DNA from: Octopus bimaculoides
Lineage: Eukaryota
NCBI RefSeq assembly: GCF_001194135.2
Contig: NC_068983.1
Location: 136,023,809 to 136,087,808, forward strand
Length of the DNA: 64,000 nt
Direction of reading: 5' to 3'
The position numbers and the translations under genes were made by a program. The notes beneath the pieces are model-generated. The model ran no database searches, was not told where the DNA came from, and saw only the letters and a list, made by a program, of their open reading frames with translations. Each line of letters opens with the position of its first letter. Position 1 is the stretch's first letter. Below, in pieces: positions 13,501 to 25,575 of this stretch.

Positions 13501-16500
13501 AAAAAACCCAGTTGAGGGTTTCTCTTTTAATCACTCTGCTTGTAATTGCAACATTTTCCCTAGCTCTTTTGAAATTTCAAGTTTATTAAATAACATTAAT
13601 CAACACAGGAATGATATTAAAAATAGAAAAGAACAAAATGATGCAAGTATTAGTAGTAGTACTAGTAGTGGTAGTAATAAAGATATTGTTGTTGATGATG
13701 ATGATGAAGCTGATGATGGTGGTGGTGGTGGTGGTGATGATGTGATGATAATATCTTTTATAAAAATTATGTCTGACTTGTTGAGAACTGTAATTTTCTT
13801 GAAAAGCAAATACCAAAGACCAAAAGGCATTAATTACCATTTTAATATTCTTGAATCTATGGGAGCTGCTGGAGAACCTTCTGAGGTGCTGTCAGTTGAT
13901 TAATTGGCTTTAAAATTGTCTCACTGAGTGAAACAACAACATTACCATTATTATTATTAATAAAAGTAATCATATTCATGATTATTAAAATTCTTTTAGT
14001 CGAATATCAAGCAAATTTTCATGGCAAGATTGACACTTTGATTGAAAATTAGCACGCACGCACACACACACACACACGCATGCACCAACTACACACACAG
14101 ACACACTTATTTAAAACATCATTAAACATAGTTAAGTGATATGAAATAAAATTGAATGGAAGATTCCAATATTGTGTTGATGTAATCACTGTCAGTTAGT
14201 ACTACCATAGATATTGGTTTAAAATTTTGGCGCTAGGCCAGCAATTTCGGTGGAGGGGGTAAGTTGATTATATTGACCCAGTACTCAACTGGTACTTATT
14301 TTATAGACTCAAAAGGGTAAAAGACAATGTTGACCTTGGTTGAATTTGATCTCAGGATATAAAACAGATGAAATGCCACTAACCATTTTTCCCAGCATGG
14401 AAATGATTCTGCCAGCCTTAGTCTACAATAAATAAGAATATTTCTCTCTTTAACAAAGAACATTGTACACATTGTCACTGTCTTTGTCTCCATCTAGCAT
14501 ACAAACTTATCCAAATTTGTCAACGTTTACTAAATGATATTTACTAATCCAGACAAGTTGGGACATTTTGGGCCCTGGTTTTATTTTCTGTGAAATATAG
14601 GCTGGACTTTAGTGAGATGATATCACAATTTCACTTTCTTATAAGATAGTAATACTTTTAGGAAAAACACAGACATCCTACAGTTTCTGAAATATTTTAT
14701 CTATGAAAATGTTCGTCTGGAGGTAAGCCTCTTGAGTGATCTGTGACATTTCAATTCGTGCTTAGAGTAATTTTACTTTACTTCTTCTGTTTATGGTCTT
14801 TTTCCTTTTATGCCTACAAATACTGAGCCTAGCACTTATTCATAAGAAATTGATATTTTTATGCATTCATATGAAATTATCTGAATAAGATTAGTCTGTT
14901 GTAGTGCATGAAGAACATGCAAACCTGGCATCACCAGTATGAGAGTATGTGAACAGAAATGAATTTATCAGGCGTGAAACCTTTACCACAGATTTTACTT
15001 GCCAGAAGATTAGTTTGTTACTATATAGAAATAACTTCAATTGTTTAAAATTAAATGACAAAAGGTTTGGACAGTGATGTCATGGATATTAAAGAAGGGA
15101 TAGTTCAACTTGTACTATAGAACAGTGATTAATGTGCTTGATACTGGCTCCAAAACTTGTGGATTGTACAATGTGGTAAGCTAAAAGGATCAACTAGAAT
15201 ATACTGATATGTAGAAGTAATAAAAGGAAGTCATTTTATTACAACAGCAGTAGTTAAAATGAATGATTGATGGATGCTCTTTCAAGGACTAACAAGTTAT
15301 TCAGATATGTAAAAGAATTGTGCCTTTCACACACAAAAAAATCTTTTTTGGATAAAGTCTTTTGCCAAGTATGACTAAGTTTAAATTCATGAATGCTCAT
15401 AGTATACTTCAGTATTTCAATATAAATCCTACTTTTTGGACTTATTCATTTTACACAATGATTTCTCTCTCAATTCTTTATTTCACCAGAATTAATCAGG
15501 AAGTATACAAGAATGCAACTGCCCTATTCTGATATTGCGTAGGTTTACTGCATAGTTTAAAGCTGAAATTATGCAGTTCATATATGCACTGTTATAATTT
15601 GGTTAGTCTTCTGAGCATCAAATATACTTCCTAAAGATATTTAGCTTCTAAGATATTCCGAATGGAACGAGGACTGGCATTGACCATAACTTGAAGAACA
15701 TTCAAGGTAAATATTTAAAAAATTTTTAGTTACTAAATGATCGATTTTTTAAAGTTTTTGATAAATATTTTTATGAAAAGATTTAACAATGTTCTTTGAG
15801 TTTCTATTTGTCAGTATCTGTATGTAAGTATGTAAGTAGACATATAAACATATTGCAGCTTCCCAATAAAGGTTTTTCTGGGTTACAAATTTAAATATTT
15901 GTTTATGGTTTAGACACATGGCCAGCAATTTTAGGTGGTGGGGATAAGCTGATGTTTGTGGATAAAACATGGAAAAAGGGGAGGAAAATTTCTGAGGAAT
16001 GCAATGCAGGAAAGATTGTTAGAGTAATTGTTTTTGTCAAAGGAACACCTTTTTTTAATCACTCAACCATGAAGAATAAGTGGAAGCAGTTTGTCATGTG
16101 CCTTGCTCAAGTAAAGAACAAAATAGTTAAAGTAGTAAAGTTTGTGCAATGGCTATCAGAATCTTGGACCTACAGTAATTATGTCTTGTGTTTCAATAGA
16201 CCTTACTAATTTCACATATTGGTAAAATGAATAGAATCAAATATAAAATACTTTCAATTTTCGTATGTTGTCTGACAGGAATTCTCTCTCCAACAAAATG
16301 CCTCCTCCTTGCTGCTGCCGCTGCTATTATCACTTCTGTCACCATCACCATCATCACCACAATCATTTTACATCTGTTTTCTTTGCTGACATAAGTTGAA
16401 TAGATCATCATAATCTGAATCAGTTCTTCTCTAAAGATACAACACTCCTGGATGTGTTGAGGACCACATCTCACTTGTACAACCCAATTTAGATATAGCT

Positions 16501-19430
16501 AGATGCATTTCCGAAGACGAACATTTTTATATCATGTAATGTGTGTAGTTTATCTAGGTAAATATTTAGATTTTCAAAAAATAGTTACTCTTATCAAAAA
16601 AAGGTCAACGTTAACCATACATCTGCACATGTTCAGGTCTTTACAAGGTTTTCTGAGGAAGACTGGCAGTTGCCACTATATGATGCAAGTTTTCATGACA
16701 CTGATGTTGCTCAAAGGAAAGACTGCTGACTAAAGTCATTGCAGCTTGGTATCAATGTTGTCATAGATATTGCTGTCAGAGCACACACAAACCAGCTTAT
16801 ACCACTTCTTTTATTATTCTTAAACCCCAGGTCTCTCCTGACTGAGTAAATCATTGTCAAAGATATTCCACACATGACAATCTTGTTGGTTTTGTATGTT
16901 AGTTCATCTTTGTTCACTAGGCTATGAATAGGTATACGATATACCATAGGGTGATACACCATACTGCTCTAAATATTAACACCATTTTGAAATGAATAAA
17001 TTGTTTCGTTGATACAGTTGATACAGTTCTAAAAGTTGACTTTTTTCATATAAACAAAATGTTAAATAGAAAAATAGAGAGAAAAAGTAAAAAGATTGTA
17101 AGAGAACCATTCAGTCTTTTTAGGCTTGTCTTTTAGCTTTTATGAGTATATCTACTGTACCATTTCACCATCTTGTCTGCTTCTTTCTGGCTGAGACTTT
17201 GCTTCAGGTTTTGTTTGTGGATTGCAGCAAACTGTTTCATAGTAAGTCCCATTGTCTCTCTGTATTGTAGATCTTCTTGTCACACAAATCTCTGAGAATG
17301 AGAACTTCTCTGAAACTATGTTTAACAGAAAGATCTTTTTATTTTCTTTCTTCTGTCTCTCCTGTTTCAGGATTTGTCTAGCTCTAATTCTAACAATACT
17401 AACCACTAGCTTATGTTAGCCATACTTTCTTTTTGAAGGAGAGACCTCCTATTATTCATAACTAGGTCTATCTTATTTTCTGATGAGTATGAAATCTATA
17501 TGATGTTCCCCAGTTTGGCTGGTTGGTTGCAGATGGCTTGGCAATATGCACCACAGAACTTCAGGAACTTTCATTTTTTCTTATTTGTACTATATCTGTA
17601 TCTTCCATGTATCCTGGAGTATACATGGAGAGGTGGTCTGTTAGAAGGTTTCATAGAAAGGGCATTTTGATAATCTCTTGGTCTTGATTGTGGTACATAA
17701 GCAGAAATAATAGTTGCAGCCACATTATTCATAAAGAAATCTAACTTTATTCTATCACATACTCTGACTACCTTAATTATTTTATTTATTTCTCTGCCCT
17801 GTTCACTCACCACTACATGGAAGAATCTATTCCCTCCAGCTTTCCTCTTGTATACAACAACCACCAACTTTCCTCTGCTCTAACATCTCTAAAAATTTTC
17901 CAGATGTATTTTTCATTACACCAACATTGATAGTGGTAATTATAAAATTCCTTTTACCAGACACAAAAAAAAAGAGGGATTTCCTGTGGTGGGTCATTTG
18001 TTGTTTGAAGTTGATTTTCTGCATCTGGAAGGAAACAATTAGTTGGTTGTGATGGTTAAGGAATTCTTGCATATGGCAATGTTTTTATTCCCATCCCCAC
18101 TGTTGTTCACAGAACTAACATAGTAAGCGTTAGTCTTGTAAATGCTGTTAGCATTTTTCACTATATTAGCAACTGCCTTGATTTTGGCTGATGTCCTTCC
18201 TCAATGAAACCGACTTCTTGTGTATCTACTAAAATGTTAACTGAAGGCTATTTCTAGTGCACAACAAATTTTCCCATTTGAACTTTTCACTAAAAATGAT
18301 AATCATTTCACTAAAATTTCACTACCTTTTATCTCTGGGTTTAAAACATAGAAAAAATAATGTTTTGAATAATATTTTTTTTTCAAACAGTATGTCCGTT
18401 ATCAACAGTCTAATCTTGTAAACTGTAACTCATTAAAAATTCTAATCATACAGATTTTAATAACAAAAAAGCTTAGAGTATGATCTGACATAATTGTAAT
18501 TGCACACTATAAATGTATGATAGTAATAGGACTGAAAGGGTAAAGTATTGTTCCATACTGTTTAGGTTCCCAGTTTTGTATTCCAAGTTCAAAATGTGTT
18601 TGGATGGATGGCGTTTTTTGTTTCAAATTTATACATTTGCACAGTGGTAGAATAACTATTTTTCAACTTGAGGCCACTTTTATTGTTAACCACTCAATTG
18701 CAAAGTAAATATTGAACCTGTTTGCAAAGAAAAGAAAAATGGAGTTATGTGTCTTGTTACCACGTCGTTTTGTCATCCACACTGAGGCAGGAGTTTATAT
18801 ATAATATTCAGCATCTACACATGCTGATGGTGATACTATTATTACTGATGTCATCTAATGCTACTGGAGCAAGGATCTGTAGGGGGGAGGAGGAGGTGAA
18901 TAATTGGTTGAACCAACCTTAATACAAGACTGGTGCTTATTTAACCAATACTGGTGTGTTGAAATGCAAAGTCAACTGCAGTACCGTTTGAACTCAGAAC
19001 AGATTGGGTCAAATCCATACACTATGAGGAACTCTGTATAGCACTCTACCATTTAGATGATATCCATAACAATGAAAGACAACATTGATGATGATGATGA
19101 TGAGTGATTGCCACAGCTGTTGAAAATGCTGATAAATTCATAGTGTACAGCTAAAATTATGTTATCTGGTACAGCACTGACCTAACTGATCATACTGGTG
19201 CTTTTATTAATGGTACCAGAAATGTAGGGAAACAGATTATATTTCATAGGAATCTGAACTAAGAATAGTAGTATGATGAAGGAATTGGGAGAGAGTTGGA
19301 TGACAAAATATTTAGTTCTGAAGTTAACTTGTTGACTGTAGTTTTTATTTGTTTTTCATTAAAATTGCTTTCCCAAAGTGATAGTTGTTAATAAAAAAGT
19401 TAAAAAACAGCAACAAAACATACAACATTG

Positions 19431-19479
<49 letters not shown>

Positions 19480-19575
19480 TACAAAAATAAATAGTTAAAG
19501 AACATTAGATCAAATTCAAAGATTTCCATTTTTTCTTCTTTATCCTTTTTCTTTTACAGAGAAGAGATGTGTGAA
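10503..19575 (+). CDS. Tentative small-exon chain of an unidentified plus-strand gene (10503-10534, 14662-14722, 14905-14944, 15490-15538, 19560-19575)
   Basis: All five pieces have AG/GT boundaries, consecutive phases match and there are no stops: LEIDLNPPGQRKNTDILQFLKYFIYENVRLECMKNMQTWHHQYEKLIRKYTRMQLPYSDIAEEMCE. No family recognised; a chance chain cannot be excluded. Confidence 0.3.
14215..14415 (-). mobile_element. SINE family A copy
   Basis: ttgacccagtactcaactggtacttatttt...gttgaccttggttgaatttga...atgattctgccagc. Confidence 0.75.
17150..18250 (-). mobile_element. RTE LINE 5' fragment (APE endonuclease and 5' UTR)
   Basis: TINVGVM...EMLEQRKVGGCCIQE, VVRVCDRIKL and TIISAYVPQ match RTE endonuclease motifs. 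Confidence 0.75.
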
Positions 19576-20424
19576 GTAAAGATTTCCTTCTCTCTCCCGC
19601 TCTCATACACACACACACATACCTATGTGTATCCATGTATGGATATGTAAGTGTGTATGTAAGTATGTATGTATGCATTCATGTATAAATAAAAAGAATG
19701 ACTCTTGAGTATACACACGTGTGCTTTTACCAACATAGATTTACTTTTTATTATCTTTATATATTTGGTAAAACGATGATAGATACATTTTTCTAAATAG
19801 ATGAGTATTATATTCACACACACACACACACAAATATATATATATATAAAATGATATGACATATCTTTGTTTTAAATAAATATTTCCATTTGAAAAAAAA
19901 TCTTGGATCAGATATTATGATTTGGTTTGCTTTAATGAACTGTTTTCAGTTAAAATACATTGATCATATGTTATGGGAAAAAATCACAATCAATTTTGTT
20001 AACCATGCATGCATATATGTATGTTTGCATGCATGTATTGAGTTAAGAGGGCAATAACTCTGAACTTGGACCAGGATATCATGTATTCTTTGTGGTCATT
20101 TTAATACAGCTATGTATGTGTGAATACAGTCACACATGTCTTTCATTCATTTCCTTGTGTTTGTTTTTATGTCATGCTTGCATGGCTTCAATGAAAACTT
20201 ATGCAAGGCAGTATTTTATGGCTGGATGCTCTTCCTGTCACCAATCCTAAGCTGTCGTTGAAGTAAGGGATTTTAATTTCATTTGTCCTCACAAAATGCA
20301 GAGCTACTAGATGTATTGCTTATATACAACATAAACATGTCATCACCATGTCTGGTCAAAATATGTTATATTAAGATATAAGGAAATGCATATATATACA
20401 CATGTACATGCACACATATATATA

Positions 20425-21900
20425 CATTCATGTACAGTGAAGGATTCAGGGTACAAGTAGGGGTTCACCAAGGATTGGTCCTCATCCCCCTTTTGTTCAT
20501 CATAGTTCTCCAGGCAATAAGAGAGGAATTTAAGACAGGCTGCCCCTGGGAGTTCCTCTTTGCTAATGACCTTGCTCTTATAGCTGAATCACTACCAGAA
20601 CTAGAGAAGAAATTTCAGGTGTGGAAGCAAGGTCTAGAATCGAAGGGCCTTAGAATTAACCTAGCAAAAAAAACAAAGTCAGAAGGTAGACAAATCACAA
20701 ATCCCTTCAGATAGATGGCTCTGCTCAATCTGTAGAAAAGGCATAGGTAGAAACTCCATAAGATGCACCTGGTGTAAGCTTTGGACACATAAAAGGTGCA
20801 GTAATATTAGAGGAAAGTTAAGAGAGAAAATAGCTTTTGCATGTGGAAGATACACAAGTACAATAAACACCAAAAATGTACAGAGAATAGACTCCATCAA
20901 CTACCGGGGGGNNNNNNNNNNNNNNNNNGGGGGGGGGGGTAAGGTAGAGGTAGTAGATAGCTTCTGTTATCTAGGTGACCAAGTTAGTAGTGGAGGTAGA
21001 TGCTCTGAGAGTATAGTTGTGAGGATAAGAAAAGGCTGGGCAAAGTTCAGAGAGTTCCTACCTCTACTGGCAACAAAGGGCCTCTCTCTCAGAGTGAAAG
21101 GCAGATTGTATGATGCCTGTGCATGAACAACTATGCTACGTGGCAGTGAAAAATGGGCTGTGACAGCCGAGGACATGTGTAGGCTTGAAAGAAATGAAGC
21201 TAGTATGCTTCACTGGATGTGCAATGTCAGTGTGCATGTTTGACAGAGTGTCAGCATCTTGAGAGAAAAGTTAGGCATAAGAGGCATCAGATGCAGTGTG
21301 CAAGAAAGGCACTGGTATGATCATGGATGAGGACAGCTGTGTAAAGAAGTGCCAATCTCTGACTGTGGAGAGAACCTGTGGTAGAGGTAGCTCCAGGAAG
21401 ACATGGAACAAGATGCTGAAGTATGATCTTCGAACTTTGGGCCTCACAGAGGCAATGACTGGTGACCGATACCTTTGACAATATGTTGTGCTTGAGAAGA
21501 CCTGTCAAGCCAAGTGAATTTGTAGTCATGGCTGATGCTGGTGTCATGTAACTGGCATCTATGCCAGTGGTATGTAAAAAGTACCTTTTGAGTGTTGGGC
21601 CTCACAGAAGCAACGAGCGAGACCTTTGGTATTATGTTGTGCTTGAGAAGAAGACCCATCAAGCCGAGCAAAATTGCAGTCATGGCAAATTCTGGTGTCA
21701 CGCAAATGGCACCTGTGCCAGTGGCACGTAAAAGCACCCATTACACTCTTGGAGTGGTTGGTGTTAAGAAGGGCATCCAACCATAGAAATCGTGCCAAAT
21801 CAGACTGGAGCCTGGTGCAGCCTTCCAGCTTGCCAGCCCCAGTCAAACCATCCAATCCATGCCAGCGTGAACGACAGATGTTGGATGATGATGATGACGA
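20425..21900 (+). mobile_element. 5'-truncated RTE-clade LINE (RT, PHD-like insertion, 3' UTR, (GAT)n tail)
   Basis: VQVGVHQG.VL.PLLFIIVL, FANDL (decayed YADD), FCYLGDQVS and RERPFTLR-like RT thumb remnants; ends in ...ccatgccagcgtgaacgacagatgttggatgatgatg. Confidence 0.9.
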
Positions 21901-22228
21901 TGCATACATACATATATCATCTTCATAATTTAATGGCCTTATTCCATGCTGGCACAAGTTGGGCTACTGGCATTATATATAAGTGTGTACACCTATTGAC
22001 ACATACATATGCCTACATACAAATATGTACATACACACACAATATATACACATGCATGCATATATATACAGGCATAGCTGTGTGGAACTCCATTAGCAAA
22101 CAGCCAGGCCTTCTCAACATGACATTTTTCATTATTTTTGGTAGTGGTGACATTTATTAATCTATTTTATATGTGTGTCTGTGCATCATTTATATTATAT
22201 ATCTATATTACATGCACACACAAATAGA

Positions 22229-22290
<62 letters not shown>

Positions 22291-22317
22291 CTTTATAAAT
22301 AGATTATGTATTTATAT

Positions 22318-22637
22318 AATTTTATATATAATCACAACACAAAACTGACACTTCATTGGTTACAATGATGAGTGTTCCATCTGATTTGAACAACAGAAAT
22401 TAACATGCAAGTGGCTGAGAACTCTACAGACATGCATACCCTTAATGAAGTTCTTAGGAACATTCAGCATGACACAGAATGGGATAAGGCAGGCCCTTTG
22501 AAATACAGGTACAACTCATTTTTGTCAGTTGAGTGGACTGGTGCAACATGAAATAAAGTGTCTTACCCAAAGACACAACATGCTGCCAGGAATCAAACAT
22601 ATACCCTTATGATCGTGAGCTGAATACCCTAACCAGT
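22318..22637 (-). mobile_element. SINE family C (V-domain-like centre)
   Basis: On the minus strand, gtctttgggtaagacactttatttcatgttgcaccagtccactcaactg; a related head lies at 56140-56255 (+). Confidence 0.55.
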
Positions 22638-22639
22638 AA

Positions 22640-23225
22640 TGCCTTCACAGCAGCTGCAATATGACATGGAAGCCAGCATGTCTTGGCCTGTCCTTGCCCA
22701 CTGGACAACATTAGTATTGTACAAAGAGGGTGATACTAACCAATTGCAAAAACAAGTTTCACTTCATGATTTTGAAAGAAGTTCTGTGGTAAATGACAAA
22801 GGTAAAAGATTCCCATACTGGCTCAGACATTGCCCAAGTAAACAAGGTCCTGCTCCAGCAGCCAGTGTACAGTAACATAGGATGCAGGAAAAAATTAATA
22901 TCACCAAATGGAATGCTAGATAAAACAAGATCTAAAGAACTTGCGCATCAGACTGCTCTAACAGCAAAATAATTAGGTAGATACAACACTGACATTGTAG
23001 CTTTGTGTAAAACATGATTATTGGGATATGACAGCATAGTAGATCACTTACACATGCTTCTGGAGTAGGATGAAGGAAGAATGGAGGGCAGCTGGTGTTG
23101 GTCTTGCAATGAGGATCTCCATCTCTCTACAACTTGCGAAAGACCCAACAACAGTTAATGACAGGAGCACAACAATAAGACTGCCACTCCACAAAAAGGT
23201 ATATGTCGATAGAAAGCTTAGTCAT
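22640..23225 (+). mobile_element. BovB-like RTE 5' fragment (APE endonuclease)
   Basis: LNITKWNAR, TALTAK*LGRYNTDIVALCKT, AAGVGLAMR and VNDRSTTIRLPL parallel the RTE/BovB endonuclease. Confidence 0.75.
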
Positions 23226-24353
23226 GACTAAGCCATGAACAGTCATAGTCATGACGATAGACTGTAGGAAAAAAAATGCAATCATATTACATTCAATTGT
23301 GCTGTTTTTGTTTGGTACCCTGATGGCAGATTAATGTTTTTTTAATAATAATAATGATGATGACTACTGACATAGGCACAAGGCCACATATTTTGTGGGG
23401 AGATGACACAGCTGTTATATTGAACCCAGTTTTATATTGGTACTTTATTATATTGACCCTGGGTGAATAGTGATGCTGACATCAACAATGCTACTAAAAT
23501 TTCTGCAGTCACAGAAAGTTTAATAGTAAAAGCAGTAAAATAGTGTGAAACATGTAGTTTTATATCTATGTAGGAAAAAGATTAGTAAAAAAGTACACAC
23601 ACACACACACACACAGAGTGTGTTATGAATCCCTTGGAACAATTAGTTTATCACAACAGAAATATAGCAAGAGATAATAGTCTTTAATAAATAATACATC
23701 TGTAGGATATTCTCACTCCACTACCCTTTACATCATCTCATAAATAAACATAGCTAATGCAATAAATGAATAAATAAAACAACTGGAAATAAAGCTAACG
23801 ACCAGTGTTCCTCTTTCAATTAAGTGACTATAAAGGGAACTTTCAGTTATGTTTTGATTCTAGTATATAGATTCAGAATAAGGTGTTTGATAGGTATCCT
23901 GGAGGAGTAGTGTGATAGTAAATAAGCTGGAAAGAACTTCTATCGTAAATGTTCACTGTTCGATTTGAACTCTCTGTAGAAGATTATCGATATAAAATTA
24001 TCTCTAATGAGAGAATATTATATAAAAACATATCACTATTAGCTGAAAGAGTATTGCTATGAGATTATTTCTATTATGAACAGAATATCACTGCATTATC
24101 ATTGTGATCACCAGGTGATAATCAATGTAAGATTATCTCTGAAAAAATATCACTGCAACTTTGTAACTATCAAAAGATAATTAGCTATATTAACAGAATA
24201 TTATTACTTTGAGGTTTCTTATAGCAACAAAAATTCTTCATTTATATTGTCATTACCAAGAGAAGTTTATCACAAAGATTATCAGCATTATCACTATTAA
24301 AAGGAAATTAGCAACTTCAAAGACTTTTATTGAATTGCATAAGGATCTCATGT

Positions 24354-24428
24354 TCATGGGTTTGATAATTCAGCTTTCAGACTTAGAAGATAGGCTTGGT
24401 GGATTTTGTTTAGAAAGCCAGAGTCATT
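24354..24428 (-). CDS. DCP1: DCP1 last coding exon: end of the trimerisation domain and stop
   Basis: Strong acceptor ttcttttcttttcttttcatag. Reads NDSGFLNKIHQAYLLSLKAELSNP*, resembling recalled DCP1A NDSSFLSTLHEVYLQVL. Confidence 0.93.
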   Translation of the reverse strand, partial: NDSGFLNKIHQAYLLSLKAELSNP

Positions 24429-25491
24429 CTATGAAAAGAAAAGAAAAGAATAATTAATTTGCAATTAAAAAAAAACAACAAAAAACAAAACTAAACTAAT
24501 TCATATTTTATTTCCTTTAATGATTTAATATTATTTTCCCTTTTCCCATTCCAGAAAGAGTAGAATTGATTCTGAAATCTACATATAAACAACTAAATAT
24601 ATTTTTCTTTAAATACAGGCATGGCTTTCTATCATGAAGTAGAGAATGATGACTATTTTCTTCTGAGCAAATGAAAAGTACAATATCTGTGAGGTTAAAG
24701 TACAAAATTTTTTTTTGCTAATTTCAGCCAGTCAGCCAAATGTTGCCATGTTGTAGTATTGTTTTCAATGACTACTAGCTTACATGTTGTGCCATTAAGT
24801 AAAATGCATTGCTCTGGGCATTTCAGTATACCTGATTAACATGTTCTACTCTTACTCCACAGTTGAGTGGCTAGTGATAGAAAGCAACCAGCTATAAAAG
24901 CAATTGCTTCAACAATATGTAAATGTCAAAATTCCATGTTAGCATAGAAAATTTCATCTAAAATGGTAAAAATACAAAAATAACAACAAGCACTGAAGGA
25001 ATTAATGTAATGTGCCTTGCCAATAAGTACAATACAATTGGCTTTGTATCTACATATAAAAAAAAATCAATATTGATAGGAGGAAGGAATGAAAATGTCA
25101 TGCTCTCTTAACAAGTGTATATTGCATAATTGTTTTTTACATTTTCACAGGCAAGGTTATGTGGTTAAGAAGTTCACATCACATTCATGTAGTTCCAGGT
25201 TCAACTCCAAGCTTTGAGAGAGAAATTTGTGGAAACTGTGCAGAAGTCCAACATGAACCATATCTGACAAGTCATGGGTTCTATTCCCTTTTCCCCACTA
25301 GTTTTGGAGACCCGGCAGTGGTTACGGCCATTGTCCTTTTATCTTTGACTAAGCCATAAGAAAAGATAAGTTATTGAATTTTAGGAAATGTGTAAAAGAT
25401 CTCCTTCAATCGTATTGTTGCTCTTTACGAAATAAACTATATCATGAAGAAAATTTGATGCTTATAAGCAGCATAGTAAGGACCTCCATAC

Positions 25492-25575
25492 CTTTAATAA
25501 ATTTATCATTGTCTCTTGTAGTTGTTCTCTAGAGAAAGATGGCATTTCAGTTAAACAGTGATGATCACTGACAAT
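25492..25575 (-). CDS. DCP1: DCP1 exon: start of the C-terminal trimerisation domain (phase 0 to 0; alternative acceptor at 25586)
   Basis: Reads IVSDHHCLTEMPSFSREQLQETMINLLK with donor AAG|gtatgg; resembles recalled DCP1A LSRSQLQDTLIHLIK. Confidence 0.9.

Noticed and set aside
13838-13888. Possible 51-nt minus-strand exon (TSEGSPAAPIDSRILK)
   Set aside because: Downstream of the DCP1 stop, weak acceptor and no partner exons; likely chance.
15639-15707. Further plus-strand exon candidate with donor CAAG|gtaaat
   Set aside because: No acceptor gives a stop-free frame in phase with the 15490-15538 exon.
16250-16980. Unique, coding-looking stretch with an acidic Asp/Ser/Gly patch on the minus strand
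   Set aside because: All frames have multiple stops and I could not match any transposase or host motif with confidence.
20905-20940. Poly-G around a short N gap (G-quadruplex candidate)
   Set aside because: Length and sequence are unresolved, and poly-G is a common sequencing or assembly artefact.
23654-23672. 19-bp exact inverted match to 6875-6893
   Set aside because: The similarity does not extend, and it is plausible by chance in 64 kb of AT-rich DNA.
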